Source: Lingula anatina
Taxonomy: Eukaryota; Animalia; Brachiopoda
Assembly: GCA_051362555.1 (NCBI GenBank)
Contig: CM120648.1
Location: 15,992,587-16,056,586 of the forward strand
DNA length: 64,000 nt
Direction of reading: 5' to 3'
Notes under the pieces: model-generated
What the model saw: only the letters and a program-made list of their open reading frames with translations
The model's database searches: none
What the model was told of the DNA's origin: nothing
Program-made: the position numbers and the translations under genes
Part shown: one piece after another, positions 10,688 to 21,978 of the stretch
Layout of the letters: each line of letters opens with the position of its first letter
Position numbering within the stretch: the first letter of the stretch is position 1

Positions 10688-11111
10688 TGTCCGGAACCAC
10701 GCAATTTTAGATATAAACGTAATTTAGACTTGAGCTCGAAATGCGGACACCGTTGGATACTTTAGTTAGGATAACGCTTTAGTATATAGCCTTCCAGATT
10801 CGCGGTCGAAATCTTTACGTCTAGACGCTACAGAGGAAATCCACACTGACAAAAATGACCAGTTTCAATCGTTTAATGTGAACTCGTTGCCTGCTCAGGT
10901 ACATTCTGACTCTCTCTTCAATATTACAACCTTTAGTACGTACTCCAGCCAATGGCTTCATACACTTCCTTATCACTGGCTTCTTAATGCGACAGGTAAA
11001 CAAGCCCTACTCAGCCTCTTCAAAATTGACACAACGTATTATAGAGAATACAATAAAAGTTATGACTTGAAATTATTGACATCGTCTATGAAATATTAAA
11101 TGTCTCCGACA
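10688..11111 (-). repeat. 5' LTR of Gypsy element
   Basis: Direct repeat of 3517-3940. Confidence 0.97.
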
Positions 11112-11629
11112 CCAGTGGACTTTTGGGCATAAACTCCTCCATTGTAGAACCAGACATAGTCCACTAATCCAGTCTGCCTTATTTTGGACATAAGGGCCAG
11201 GTTTCTATGGGTAATATCATCGTAGAGCCTCACACTTGATTTTATTTCCTTTTTCTTGGTCATAATTGATCTTTTTATGTCATTATTTCTCAATTTTATA
11301 ATGACTGGCTGATGTTGTCCCTCTCTGCCTGGGATTCTATGAATTGCAGTTATATCATGGGGGGCCAGTTCAATGTTGATTTCTTTCTTGAGAAATTCAG
11401 GGAAGTCACTTCTTAAATTTTCTATGTTGCGAGGGGGGAAGTTTAGGACTCTTACATTTAATTTTCTCGAGTATTGCTCGTTGTAGTTACTTTGTTTGAT
11501 TGCTTCAGTTGATCTAGCATGATTTTGAACGACCCTTTCCTCCAGATCTTTTAGTTTCTTTTCTTTCTCATTCAGTTTCTCTTTAAGGTTTTCATTTTCT
11601 AGCAATAGTGAGTCTATTTTGTCTTGCAT
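11112..11629 (-). pseudogene. LINE ORF1 (coiled coil plus L1-type RRM), 5'-truncated and split by Gypsy
   Basis: Coiled coil followed by NEQYSRKLNVRV, AIHRI, PVIIKL, LYDDIT and VWFYNGGVY, typical of LINE ORF1. Confidence 0.88.
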
Positions 11630-12133
11630 TTACTACGGAAAATCTTGCCAAGAAAGTCCAAATAAAAGCGGTCGATTTGGCACTTTGTTTCAAACGGAGA
11701 TTTAAATGAGGGTCCCACTGGGTATTTTTGTAACCCGTGAAAGCAACTTTTTATTTCCCCAGATGCATTAAACGTTCATATTATTTAGAGCGGCATCTGA
11801 ATGCTGATTTTTATTTCTCGTTCGTCGTTAAACGAAGTCATTGTACTCAGCGATACGTGGTTTTCAACTTGCCGGGCTTGCATTTTCAATGAGATATGAA
11901 TAAAGTCTTATTTACTGTGATTTGTGATTTGCTGGTTTTATTTCCCGTGGTCTTAACCCCCCCCCCTCCTCTCCCATGGGACCCTCTCAGAAAGTCCATA
12001 AGCAAAATTAATGTTCGAAAATGAGAACAATTTGAGTCTCAGTTGGCTGTGGTACTGCATCTCTATGTAAACATGCCAGCTGTATTACATTCGATGTTAT
12101 AGCGCAAGTATTTTGCATGCCTTATAATTCAGA

Positions 12134-12426
12134 TTACATGAGAAAGGCAATGAAAGGGTGGTAGAGCATACGCCCGGTGAACTGGATATCCAGTTGGTAT
12201 CTGCCGAGAGTGGGTACGAGGTTGGTGATGTCGTAATGCAGACAGGTCGGGCCACACTGGCGGTAGATGGCGGCCATGCCGGTGTCTTCGTTGGTGACTT
12301 TCAGAACTGGGCACATTTCTGCGCTGCCGGTTGGAACGAACAAATACACACGTCTTAGGCGTCTGGTGCTGGGCTGCGGTCCGAGACGAATGACGTCAAA
12401 TGTATACCGTCCGTTTCTGGCGGGAT
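12134..12426 (-). CDS. Putative terminal coding exon of an unknown protein (beta-rich; C-terminus resembles a filamin/Ig-like repeat), copy 1
   Basis: Acceptor TTTGCATTCAG, GC-richer than its flanks, open frame to TAA kept in three copies; PTLGRYQLDIQFTGRMLYHPF resembles the filamin GxYxIxVxFxG...PF pattern. Confidence 0.55.
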
Positions 12427-12791
12427 CTGAATGCAAACGGAATGACTTACTTGATCAATTATAATAAATAATTATGCACATTCGATAAATTTCAGAACTC
12501 TTAGAACTGGCATAATTAACATTTTGCAAAAAAAAAAAAAGTGAAAATATATCATTAGTAAACTAGTAGACTTCCGGGCAAAAACAAAATAGTGTAATCA
12601 CATGTACAGTTGCGTGGGCTCGGTTGTTAAGTACTCATGATTTTCATTCAGTATTTATTACTTACTTCAATGAAAAGAAAGAAAAGGGGGAACAGAGGGA
12701 AGAGCCACTGTACACTTACTTTTTGCATTACTGTAAATTACTCTGATGGGGAGAGATGGGGGCAAAGAAAATACGCACACACACACAATCC

Positions 12792-12799
<8 letters not shown>

Positions 12800-12837
<38 letters not shown>

Positions 12838-12976
12838 GAAAAAATACGAAAAGTGGGAGAGAGAGAGAGAGGGAAAGAGAGAAAGAGAGATGGGAAGAAA
12901 ATACGTACAGACAGGTAGAGGAAGCTTAAGCAAATACGAGAGAGAGAGAGAGTGAGAGAGAGAGAGAGAGAGAGAG
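12800..12976. repeat. (GA)n microsatellite tracts
   Basis: Visible AG dinucleotide runs. Confidence 0.9.
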
Positions 12977-13399
12977 TACCTTCGTTGGACTCGGTGGCAC
13001 AGATCAGTGTGGACCGAAAGAGCCATTGCAGCTCAGAATTCCAGCTTATAAGGACCGAGTGTTCACTCGTCTTGAACCTAGGGTCAAGAAAAGTATAAAC
13101 GTTAATTGCAAAAAAATCATTGAAGCCATTTTCCCATCAAAACACCACTGGTCTGCGTGGATCGACCAAACTCTGCGGGGACTCTCGCTGACTGCAATCA
13201 GTTTAACTGGATAAGACAATGAATAGAGTCATTCGGGAATTACGCAACAAACATTTAAGTGGGTAGACCACATTTGATCCGCGGATCTGTTAGTCCTCTG
13301 TTCTGAATGAGTTCTAAGGAATTGTAAGTCACCAAGTCTATGACCTTCTGTGGAAAGCACTTATCAAGAGTAACAAACAAACACACACACGGACACACA

Positions 13400-13432
<33 letters not shown>

Positions 13433-14029
13433 GGACACACACACACACACACATGGACACAACACATGAGCCAGTGGAACTTCACAGTTGTCTAAGGGGC
13501 ATTTCCCTTCAAAACTTGATCGTGATAATGGTTGAACCTTGGGTTGTTCTTCCATTTCGCCTTTTGTGGTTTTTGGAGGCAAACCACGGTGGATAACGGA
13601 CATGTCAAAAAAACTGCCAATTATCTGCCAGGCCGCAAGTGCAACTTGCTCCATTAGCACGGAGTTTGCTAGGAGGTTCGTAAGTGAGAGCAAGCGGTCC
13701 AAGAGACACGTCACAAGCAGTGAAGGAGCAAGTGCCATTTGCGTGTTGAATAAGGTGCAAGCGTCACAACTTAAGAAAAAAAACGAACACACGGAGTGCT
13801 CAAGGCACACGTTCGTGTTTTGCCAATGAACGTCGAGTATGCAACTTGTACTACAATTTTCAGAAAATTTGAATTTTGCTAAAATCAGCTTCCACTATGC
13901 CTACAAAAGGCAAGGGGAAATAGCTTAGAGAGCTGAAAAGAAAGGAGGAGGAAGTTGGAAGGGGAGAACAAATGGCAAAACTGACGTGCGCCGCCACAAC
14001 GTCATCACAAGCGTGTCACACAAGTATGA

Positions 14030-15170
14030 AAATCCGTGCACCCGGTTGTGACTGTGGCTTAAATGGGTGCTACAGTCGTAGAGATCGATTTTCAAGGAAG
14101 CCACACAGAGGATGTAAGGCAACTGTAATGAGACTGTTGTGGTTTTTAACGCGCGAACTTTTCAACCGGCAAACCGATATTTTCCCACATAACCTCAATG
14201 TCATAGGGGAAAAATGTCCCTGCACGCAATATATAGTTAGCTCGCCACAGCCTGTAACCTTGAAAATACTATTTACATTTTCTTGTAGCGTTATCGAGGG
14301 CGTTTGAGAAAACGTTCCTGTAAGTCAAAATTAAAGGTATCGCGCTAGCTTGCGTCATTGCATATTGTCAGTTTTAGCGTTTTGTACTTGTACTTTAAGG
14401 CAGATCATTTAAATAATAAATGCAGCATTTTCGGTTACCAGCAATTAGGAATAACGACAATGAAAATACAATACCAAGTACCTGTTAACTGTAACATATC
14501 GTCACTGTGAAACAGGTTCAAACCCAAAACCATAGGATCCTTAAATTCGTGCGCCCGGTTGTGACCATGGCTTAAATGGGTGCTACAGTCGCAGAAATCC
14601 GCGGCAACAACGGCTCCATTTTCGAGGAAGCCACACGGAGGATGTAAGGCAACTGTAATGAGACTGTTGGGGTTTTCAACCGGCAAACCGATATTTTCCC
14701 ACATAACCTCAATGTCATATGGGGAGAAATGTCCCTGCACGCAATATATAGTAAGCTCGCCACAGCCTGTGACCTTGGAAATACTATTTACGATTTCACC
14801 GTACGTCATTCGTGATAAAAGTTATCTTGGCTCTTGCGTGCGCTCAGGGAAGACGGAACTGGTAAAACTACCCCCTCATGTCTACCTGTCCTTGTAGTGT
14901 TATCGCGGGAGTTTGAGAAAACGTTCCTGTAAGTCAAAACTAAAGGTATCGCGCTAGCTTGCGCCATTGCATCTTGTCAATTTAAGCGTTTTGTTCATGT
15001 ACTTTAAGGCAGATCATTTAAATAACACATCTACAAACACAGTAAGAGCACAAATACAAAATGGCAGCATTTTCGGTTACCAGCAATTGAGAATAACGAC
15101 AATATGAGTACAATACCAAGTACCTGCTAACTGTAACATATCGCCACGGTGAAACAGGTTCAAGCCCAGA
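14030..15170. repeat. Two diverged tandem units of ~0.5-0.6 kb (also at ~49940-50606)
   Basis: Repeated anchors cccggttgtgac..ggcttaaatgggtgctacagtcg (14041, 14555) and tttgagaaaacgttcctgtaagtcaaaa (~14303, ~14912). Confidence 0.85.
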
Positions 15171-15316
15171 ACGAAGACAACAAACAGCTTTGACGAAGTT
15201 GTTCATTTTCGTAAACTTCTTTCTTCTCCTTATTGTCGACTGATGTTCTCCGTGAGTGGAATTTGGCGCCTCAAACTTGAACGTTTGCAGTAACTTAAAA
15301 ACTACGTGGTCGGCGG

Positions 15317-15324
15317 TTTATATA
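15317..15324 (-). promoter_or_regulatory. Candidate TATA box for a minus-strand transcript
   Basis: TATATAAA about 110 nt upstream of AAAATG at 15206 (MNNFVKAVCC...), followed by an AG|GTACTT donor-like site near 15120. Confidence 0.4.
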
Positions 15325-15466
15325 GAACTCTGTGCTCTTCCCGTGGGCGTTTCGATAGATGACAGGTTTGAAAAATCCTTTCGGTTGACACGCCCCATCT
15401 TGGTGGATCTAGACAATTGTCTCTAACATTTGATACGCTACCACGTTGCACCCGTCACTATGGGTT

Positions 15467-15710
15467 CATTCCTAATGAGACTATCGTTCTACGTACATCG
15501 ATCCAGCTTTGCGGGGACTCAAGGAGAATGCAATCAGGTCAACAAATGAACAGGCCCACTCTTGTTTTCAACGTGGTCGTAGAATCCCCAGCTTTTCTGT
15601 TCTGCTCGGCGCCGGGAGGAGGCGTGATAAGCTGTTGATCTGCTTTCATTCAGCGAGACCCCCTGCGGAGTTGGATCGATCTACGTAGACCGACAGTTTC
15701 ATTGGAAATG
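15467..15710. repeat. Imperfect inverted repeat (~75-bp arms), hairpin family H1
   Basis: ttcctaatgagactatcgttctacgtacatcgatccagctttgcggggactc pairs with gagacccctgcggagttggatcgatctacgtagaccgacagtttcattggaa. Single arms occur at ~13130-13208, ~18011-18092 and ~44030-44100. Confidence 0.8.
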
Positions 15711-15944
15711 CCCCTACTTTGTGTAGAAGTAAATTAAAAATCTGGAAACTTGTCAACGGAGGTAGTCTTTGACGTTTCAGAGAAAATAACCTAAAATTTC
15801 AGGCTATAAACAATTTAGTTTTATTATTTGACCTTTAAGATTCTCAGGCCTGAAATTAAAGTTGAAATATGATCGTGTTTTTCTCCTCTCCGGCAGAATG
15901 ACGCACAACTCAGCAAGAAGTGGAAGGGACCCGATCTAACAGGG

Positions 15945-17714
15945 CTTGAATTGAAAAAATGACATGCTCCATTAATGATTCCCATTATATGCTGTTTAGA
16001 TCAATAAGGATGTTTTGTCAAAAGAAGCAATACCTTCCATTATTTCTTTGAAATAAATTCATTCCCAAAATTTAGAGGAGTTCAAAAGTGAGACACACTG
16101 AATCCTTTACTTTTGAATATATTAATTGATGGCATACTTAGACTTATAGATAAATCAAAAAGCAAAGCCCCACCAAACCTTTTACTGGTCTTTTTAATGT
16201 AGACGATCTAGTTTTGTTTTTGGAAAGTACCTCAGGCCTTCAGAATACCAGTAGTTTAAAATGCTTAGAAAAATACTGTCATAGATAAAGGTTAACTGTT
16301 CATTGAAAAAAAAAAGACGAAAGTCGTTATTTTTAATGTTAAGGAAGAAATACATGGTCACACTGTTGGAAATAGAGGGTTGTTTTACTTTCATAACCAG
16401 TTGGTGCCAGTAGTAACAAGCTAGCTACATGTGTAACAAGGTCTGGCACACTAGCCCCTGCACAACAAAATTTACATATAAAGCCTTCTTCAGTCAAGCT
16501 AGTAACAATCCCACCTCCTTAAAAGAAAAAAAAAGACTTTATGAAACAATGATTTTCCAAGTTGCAGCATATGGAGCAGTAACATTGGGTTACACTGCAT
16601 TTAATGACAAGTCCCCAATAGAAAAAATACATCTCCAAATTCGCACCTTTTAGGGGTGCATTCTAAATCTAGTAAATATGCTGTTCGGGGGGAACTTGGG
16701 CGCCTGCCAAGCTATACAAAAATTTAAATACAAGTAAATACTGGGCCAATTTTTTTATAATAAGATGACGGTGTTCCACTTAAACGGGCATACCTAGATG
16801 AATTAAAACACTTTGATCTTCTTTCAAACACTAGCCTTCATAACACAAAACATACTATGCCATGATGTGAAGGAGTGAAGAATATTCTTGTAGAAAATAG
16901 TTTTGGGCATGTATGGTTCAAAGGGAAAACGGACAAAAAGTTCATGAAGAATTTTAGTGTTAGACATGGAGATAGAAGTATACAACTTTGGCTTAGCAAG
17001 GTATCACAAGAAAATCTCAAGCCGATAACGTATAAACGTATAAAACTAATAAACTTTATTTTGGGAAAGAAAAATACCTTGATATAATTTAAGATAAAGA
17101 ATTACGCCAAACCCTAACCAAATTTAGAATCAGCAACCACAATTTGCACATTGAAACAGATCGCCATGTCAATGGTTAACCAACACCAGATGAAAAAAGA
17201 AAATGTCGCATTTTCCACACTGGAGTTATAGAGGATTCAGAGCACTTTTTAATTTCCTGCTCTCTGTATACAGAATACAGAAAAGAACTATTTCAAATAG
17301 TGCAAAGCGGCCACACATGCTTTGCATATTATTAAACAACAAAGATAAATTATCCATCATAATGAACAACCCAAACGAGGCTGTAATAATATCTTTAGCC
17401 AAATTCCTTAATTTAACCTCGCTTTTGTGAAAAGAAACTGCGCTGCATCTTCCACTTAGTGATGTGAATAATTACTGCAAATGTTCAGGTTCATTTCACA
17501 TAGTAGAAAACAGGCTCGTGAATAATTAATTTCTATGTCTTGTACTTGTAGTGTGATGCTAGCGTATGATCAGTGCTGTGAGCAGTTGACTCGGCATTAA
17601 GACCGCACCTAGCTTATCATCATGAAACACTGGATATGTATGTGTAATAACGATGCATTGCTATATATGTAATTTTCTATTTTTCTTTATTTCATTTTTT
17701 ATTTATTTATTCAT

Positions 17715-17745
<31 letters not shown>

Positions 17746-17755
17746 TTACTATTAC
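15945..17755 (+). mobile_element. Degenerate 5'-truncated LINE (RTE-X-like) with (ATTT)n tail
   Basis: RT motif relic GVQK*DTLNPLLLNILID (~16078), AVRGELGRLP (~16680) and a tetranucleotide tail at ~17690-17750; many stops and frameshifts. Confidence 0.7.
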
Positions 17756-18257
17756 TTTTAATCTATGTACATTTTCACCAGTTCAGCCTGGTGTAGAAAG
17801 TATGAATAAAGCATATTAAATGATAAATTAAACGCGAGTATTAGCAATTTTGTTTCATTGACATGTAAGGATGAGTGACAACAGCGCCAGTTTTGTGGGA
17901 AGGGCTGAGATAGGGTATTAATCCTTCCAACTTGCACATTAATATAAAGGCAATGTCCGAATCCCTGATGATTGTACGGGTACGATGGAAATAAGAGGAA
18001 ACGTAATTCCGTTAAGCTGATTGCACTCAGCAAGAGTCCCTAAAGATTAAGATCGATCTACGTACATTGTAGACCGTTGACATCTATGGGAATAATCCCA
18101 AATATTGGTTGTAACAGACCGTCCTCCATTAGATTCATACAGCTTGGGGTAACCGTGACGTAAGTTGATTGACTTCTGGGACGGGCTGGTTACTTATACA
18201 AGTTTTAAGTTTACATTGATGGGTATCTACTTTTTCCTGTTTTTCTTCTCCGGCAGA

Positions 18258-19266
18258 ATGACGCACTCAAGCGGCAAGGCATTCCTTGGGATAGGTTTTT
18301 ATAGATTAATCTTGAATCATTGAATCATCTTGAATCATTCTACGGATCAGATAAGACTTGTCCAATTTGGTTTAGATTTTTTGTTGTAGGACATGAAGAT
18401 AGTTGATTCGGCGGGTAATGAGCTACCCAAATATTGTCCATGTGGTTCAAATATGGTTATTTTGATGATCAAGGTAGCTGCTAATTCACTTGGTTCTTTA
18501 AGTTATCTGCTGTTAAATGTGCTCTGTGATAACCGACAACCACACAGTGCAACCTAAAATTGTTCCTAAGGTTCCATTACTAAATGGTAGTCAGGTGGTT
18601 CCCAGATTATTCCTTTATTTGATGTGGTTCAGATTTTCATCGAAGACTACCATTGGTGTTTAGGCACCAATGTGGTATCCACTCCAAATTCTTATGCTGT
18701 AAATAGTCATAGTCGCTTTAAACGCGGCATACGCTTCGGTGTAGACCTCTTCAGGATGTCTATAAACTCTCTTGTGACAAGTTGAGCGGTACAAGTGAAA
18801 CCCGGCATCAATAGAGAAAGCCATTGGGTTTCAGTGTACTACCAAGAAACAGCGTTGGTCCCTAATATTCATAATAGAAACAGACAACGCTGTTTTGCTG
18901 TTTACAGTGGCTTCCTCAGAGGTCGCCTGATATCCTAACCTGCTGAAACCAGTTTGGTGTTCGCTAAGACCCTTGAAAACGCGTTTTATTGGCAATTTGA
19001 CCCTCATTGTGAACGGACTGGATGTTTTTTGATTAGTTACAGCAACATATCCGGAAGGACAATGAGTCCTGTATCCTGGTGGTAAGATTTCGGTACATTG
19101 GGCAAAACTCTATAAAACTATGCGAGCCGGTCCATGTGACACAAAAATATGCCTGGTAATGTCTGTCTTTTTCGCGCCATTCTTGCACAGATTAACAATT
19201 TTGTTAAACACTTCTTAGTTCATGTTACGCACTGCAAAACCGACCACTTGCATGCAACATTTTAAA
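18258..19266 (+). pseudogene. Possible decayed coding exon of unknown identity
   Basis: Follows acceptor ttttcttctccggcag|aATG. One frame stays largely open for ~330 codons with scattered stops. A paralogous acceptor and start at 15880-15940 is cut by the LINE. Confidence 0.35.
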
Positions 19267-19350
19267 GTCTTCTATGCGGTAGTAACCAACATATGGGTAC
19301 TTTTTAGACAGAACCATGCTTCACCAAAGCCAAACTTTGACCAGCCCAAA

Positions 19351-21978
19351 TAGTCTGGATGACTGGTGCTATATTTTGGCCAAATTGCTCAAAATGTGGA
19401 AAAAGCATGAAACTTGGCACAAATGTTCTTTGGTCTATGCTGATCATTTTCAAGGGCAGTGCCCAAAATTTCAAGACGTTGCTTAGCAACCGTTGCTATG
19501 GAAGTGAATTTCCTTAGTAACAAGCTAATAAGACCTTTCTTGTCCAGTTTAAATGGTATAGAAATGCTAATAACTATGTTTCAGGGCATCAGAACTATCA
19601 CTAGACTATTTTTAATAATTAAAACCCAAATTAACCTTAGCCACGATTGCTAGGCAGCATATTCCCCTAGCAACAAGCATTTAAAGTTGCATTAGTCTAT
19701 TAAGTAAGGCAAATCTATATATATACAGTATATAATACTAGCTAAGAACTACACTTTTGAGCAAGATGTTCATACGTTTATTCCAGTAAGTTAAAACAAT
19801 TGTGTGATGTTTACACACATCCAATCAAAAACATTGCCAGTGCAGATACTAAAGGCAGCATGTTCAAAGTTAGTAACCAGTCATTTCCATGCTTTTATCA
19901 CCGTACGACTCTTTATAAAACTTTGCAATAGTTAAGACTTTAAATTCTCTCTTGTATGTGCAATATACAGTGCATTTTGCCCTTGCACATTATCAGCCTC
20001 TACATCTGCACCTACATGCACACTGGAGCAACTCTGGACAGGTCAATAGCTTCTGGCAAATGTGTCCACAAGGGTCCACTGTTCCGCACAAGTCCAACCA
20101 GAGTGAGCACATGGTATCTGATGACATGGCACCGTAGTGCTGATTCAGATATGTTCATCTCGCAAGAATACTCTTATATTGTTGTAGAGCAGCCTTGGTG
20201 GAAGTAAGATATGGCATCTAACAGCCTTTGGGTGTGAACAGAAACTTTTGAACTTCATTGATTAACAAAAAGAATTAAAATAGAACCATGCAGGTGTATT
20301 TAAGTTACTTGGTTGACAATAGAAACTGACAAAATACAATGTGAAAAAACTTTTTAGAAAAATTTTGAACAAAATGAAAAATATCTTGGAAATCTGGTCT
20401 CTGAGAAACCTTGCAATAATAGGAAAGTCAACAGTGGTTAAACCTTTAGTATTTCTCATCATACGTAGTGCATGTATAAACTGTCCTACCAGCCCCCCCT
20501 CCCTCAATACTTAAAATATGCATATCATAATTAACTTTATCAGGAATGGGAAAAGATACAAAATAAAATGAGCAAGGATGGCATCTGATTACAAAAATGG
20601 ACGGTAAAAGGTACCACAAATAAAAATTTTATCAAGGCCCTAAACTTTACATGGCTTAAAAGATTTTTTTATGAAGAAAATAAGAGTAAGTGGAGAGCGT
20701 TTTTCTCGGCGAAAAGTCAGGAATCAGTAGTAACAAAAGGTGGATTAAAAATACTAAAAGCAACTTCTTATCCCTTTTGGCAAAGATTATTGGTTCTTTG
20801 AGTGAAATTCAGGAAAATTTCAATTTAACCCCAGATGAAATCCTATCACAACCATTATGTCAAAACTCAAAATTGAAAGAAACTGAAAAACTATTTTCCA
20901 TAAAAGATGGCGTAAAAATGTCTTTTTTACGTCAATGATATTATAAATGACATTTGAAATCCCCTCTGTCTAGAGAACTCAACAAAAAATCAACCTTAAC
21001 ACTAACTTTCTGGGCTAATTCAGCTTCCAAAAGAGCTTACCATCTGAATGGCTATCCTTTCCCATGGAAGGAAATTACTCATAGCATTCCAAGAAATAAT
21101 TGACTCAATTAAACAAGTTACCAAACCATCCAGATATTTTTTCGCAAAAAATCCTCCAAAGCCATATAATATCACCAGATTAAGGTGTGGGTGAATGGCA
21201 GACATATTTTAAAAAACCTTGAGTACTGATAATTGGGAACTAACATTTAAGAAACAGATCACAAGAAAATGAAGTTGCTCCAATTCAGAATAAACCATAG
21301 AATATTCAATACTTATGCTTATCTTATGAATTGGAGAATTTTGCAATACTGCTAGAGAAAATATTCTGTAAGTTTTTTGGGATTGTCCACATGTAAAAAA
21401 TGTTTGGATGTGCATCATTTGCCCCGCTAAAGAAAATTTAGGTGTGGTCATTGATAGATCTCCGGAGATATTTGTATTTGGGTTTGTGCAAGCATACACT
21501 ATTTACTATTTATTTATTTATCTTAATAATTAAGAAACATGTTGGTATATGTAGAATGGGAACAGAAAGATGGGAAGGAACTGGAGGGTATGTAAAATGC
21601 TACAGAGATATCTGTATATATATTATTAAATGTATATTATTAAATATATAATGTTAAATACTTGTTGCTAGGGTAATACGCTGCCTAGCAACTGTTGCAA
21701 TGGTTTACGAGGGTTATTAATATCTTAAAATAGTATAGTGATAGTTCTGATGGCTTGAAACATTATTAAAAGCCTTTTTAAATCATTTAAACTGAACAAG
21801 AAAGGTCTAATTAGCTTGTTACTAAGGTAAATCACTTCCTTAGCAACGGTTGCTAAGCAACGCTTTGAAATTTTGGGCACTACCCTTGAAAATGATCAGC
21901 ATAGTCCAAAGAACATTTGTGCCAAGTTTAATGCTTTTTCCACCTTTTGAGCAATTTTTGCACCAGTCATCTAGACTA
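19351..21978 (-). mobile_element. Academ DNA transposon, internally deleted
   Basis: ~330-bp imperfect TIRs beginning TAG, flanked by AAA on both sides. The minus strand at ~19950-20250 has frameshifted remnants TKAALQQ...WTHLPEA...ELLQCACRCRCRG..CARAKCTVYC (Cys8 finger at the end of Academ transposases). Confidence 0.72.
20260..21650 (+). mobile_element. Degenerate L1/Tx1 ORF2 3' fragment nested in the Academ relic
   Basis: Frameshifted relics such as IWSLRNLAIIGKSTVVK, KALNFTWLKR, LQFRINHRI and FWDCPHVKNVW. Confidence 0.7.

Larger units (their letters stand above)
3517..11111 (-). mobile_element. Full-length Ty3/Gypsy LTR retrotransposon (7595 bp)
   Basis: Two 424-bp TG...CA LTRs, 4-bp TSD CCAG (3513-3516, 11112-11115), PBS, PPT, and intact gag and pol with PR-RT-RH-IN order. 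Confidence 0.97.
1..11630 (-). mobile_element. L1/Tx1-clade non-LTR retrotransposon, 5'-truncated in ORF1, interrupted by two nested insertions; continues past the window start
   Basis: ORF1 (11112-11629 joined to 3446-3516) and ORF2 (2038-2838 joined to 1-375) rejoin in frame once the Gypsy and Tc1 insertions plus one TSD copy each are removed. Right of ~11631 the sequence matches uninterrupted sequence at ~33115 and ~40365. Confidence 0.9.
11632..14700. repeat. Segmental duplicate of the block at ~40365-50606 (the latter expanded by TE insertions); its first 1.3 kb also recurs at ~33115-34395
   Basis: Colinear matches: 11632~40367, 13051~43953, 13211~44891, 13600~49505, 14291~50186, 14560~50455. 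Confidence 0.85.

Noticed and set aside
12637-13485. ORFs rich in ER, SL or CV dipeptides (also 34145-34576, 41396-41827, 48742-49066, 59778-59960)
   Set aside because: Translations of (GA)n, (CA)n and (TA)n microsatellites.
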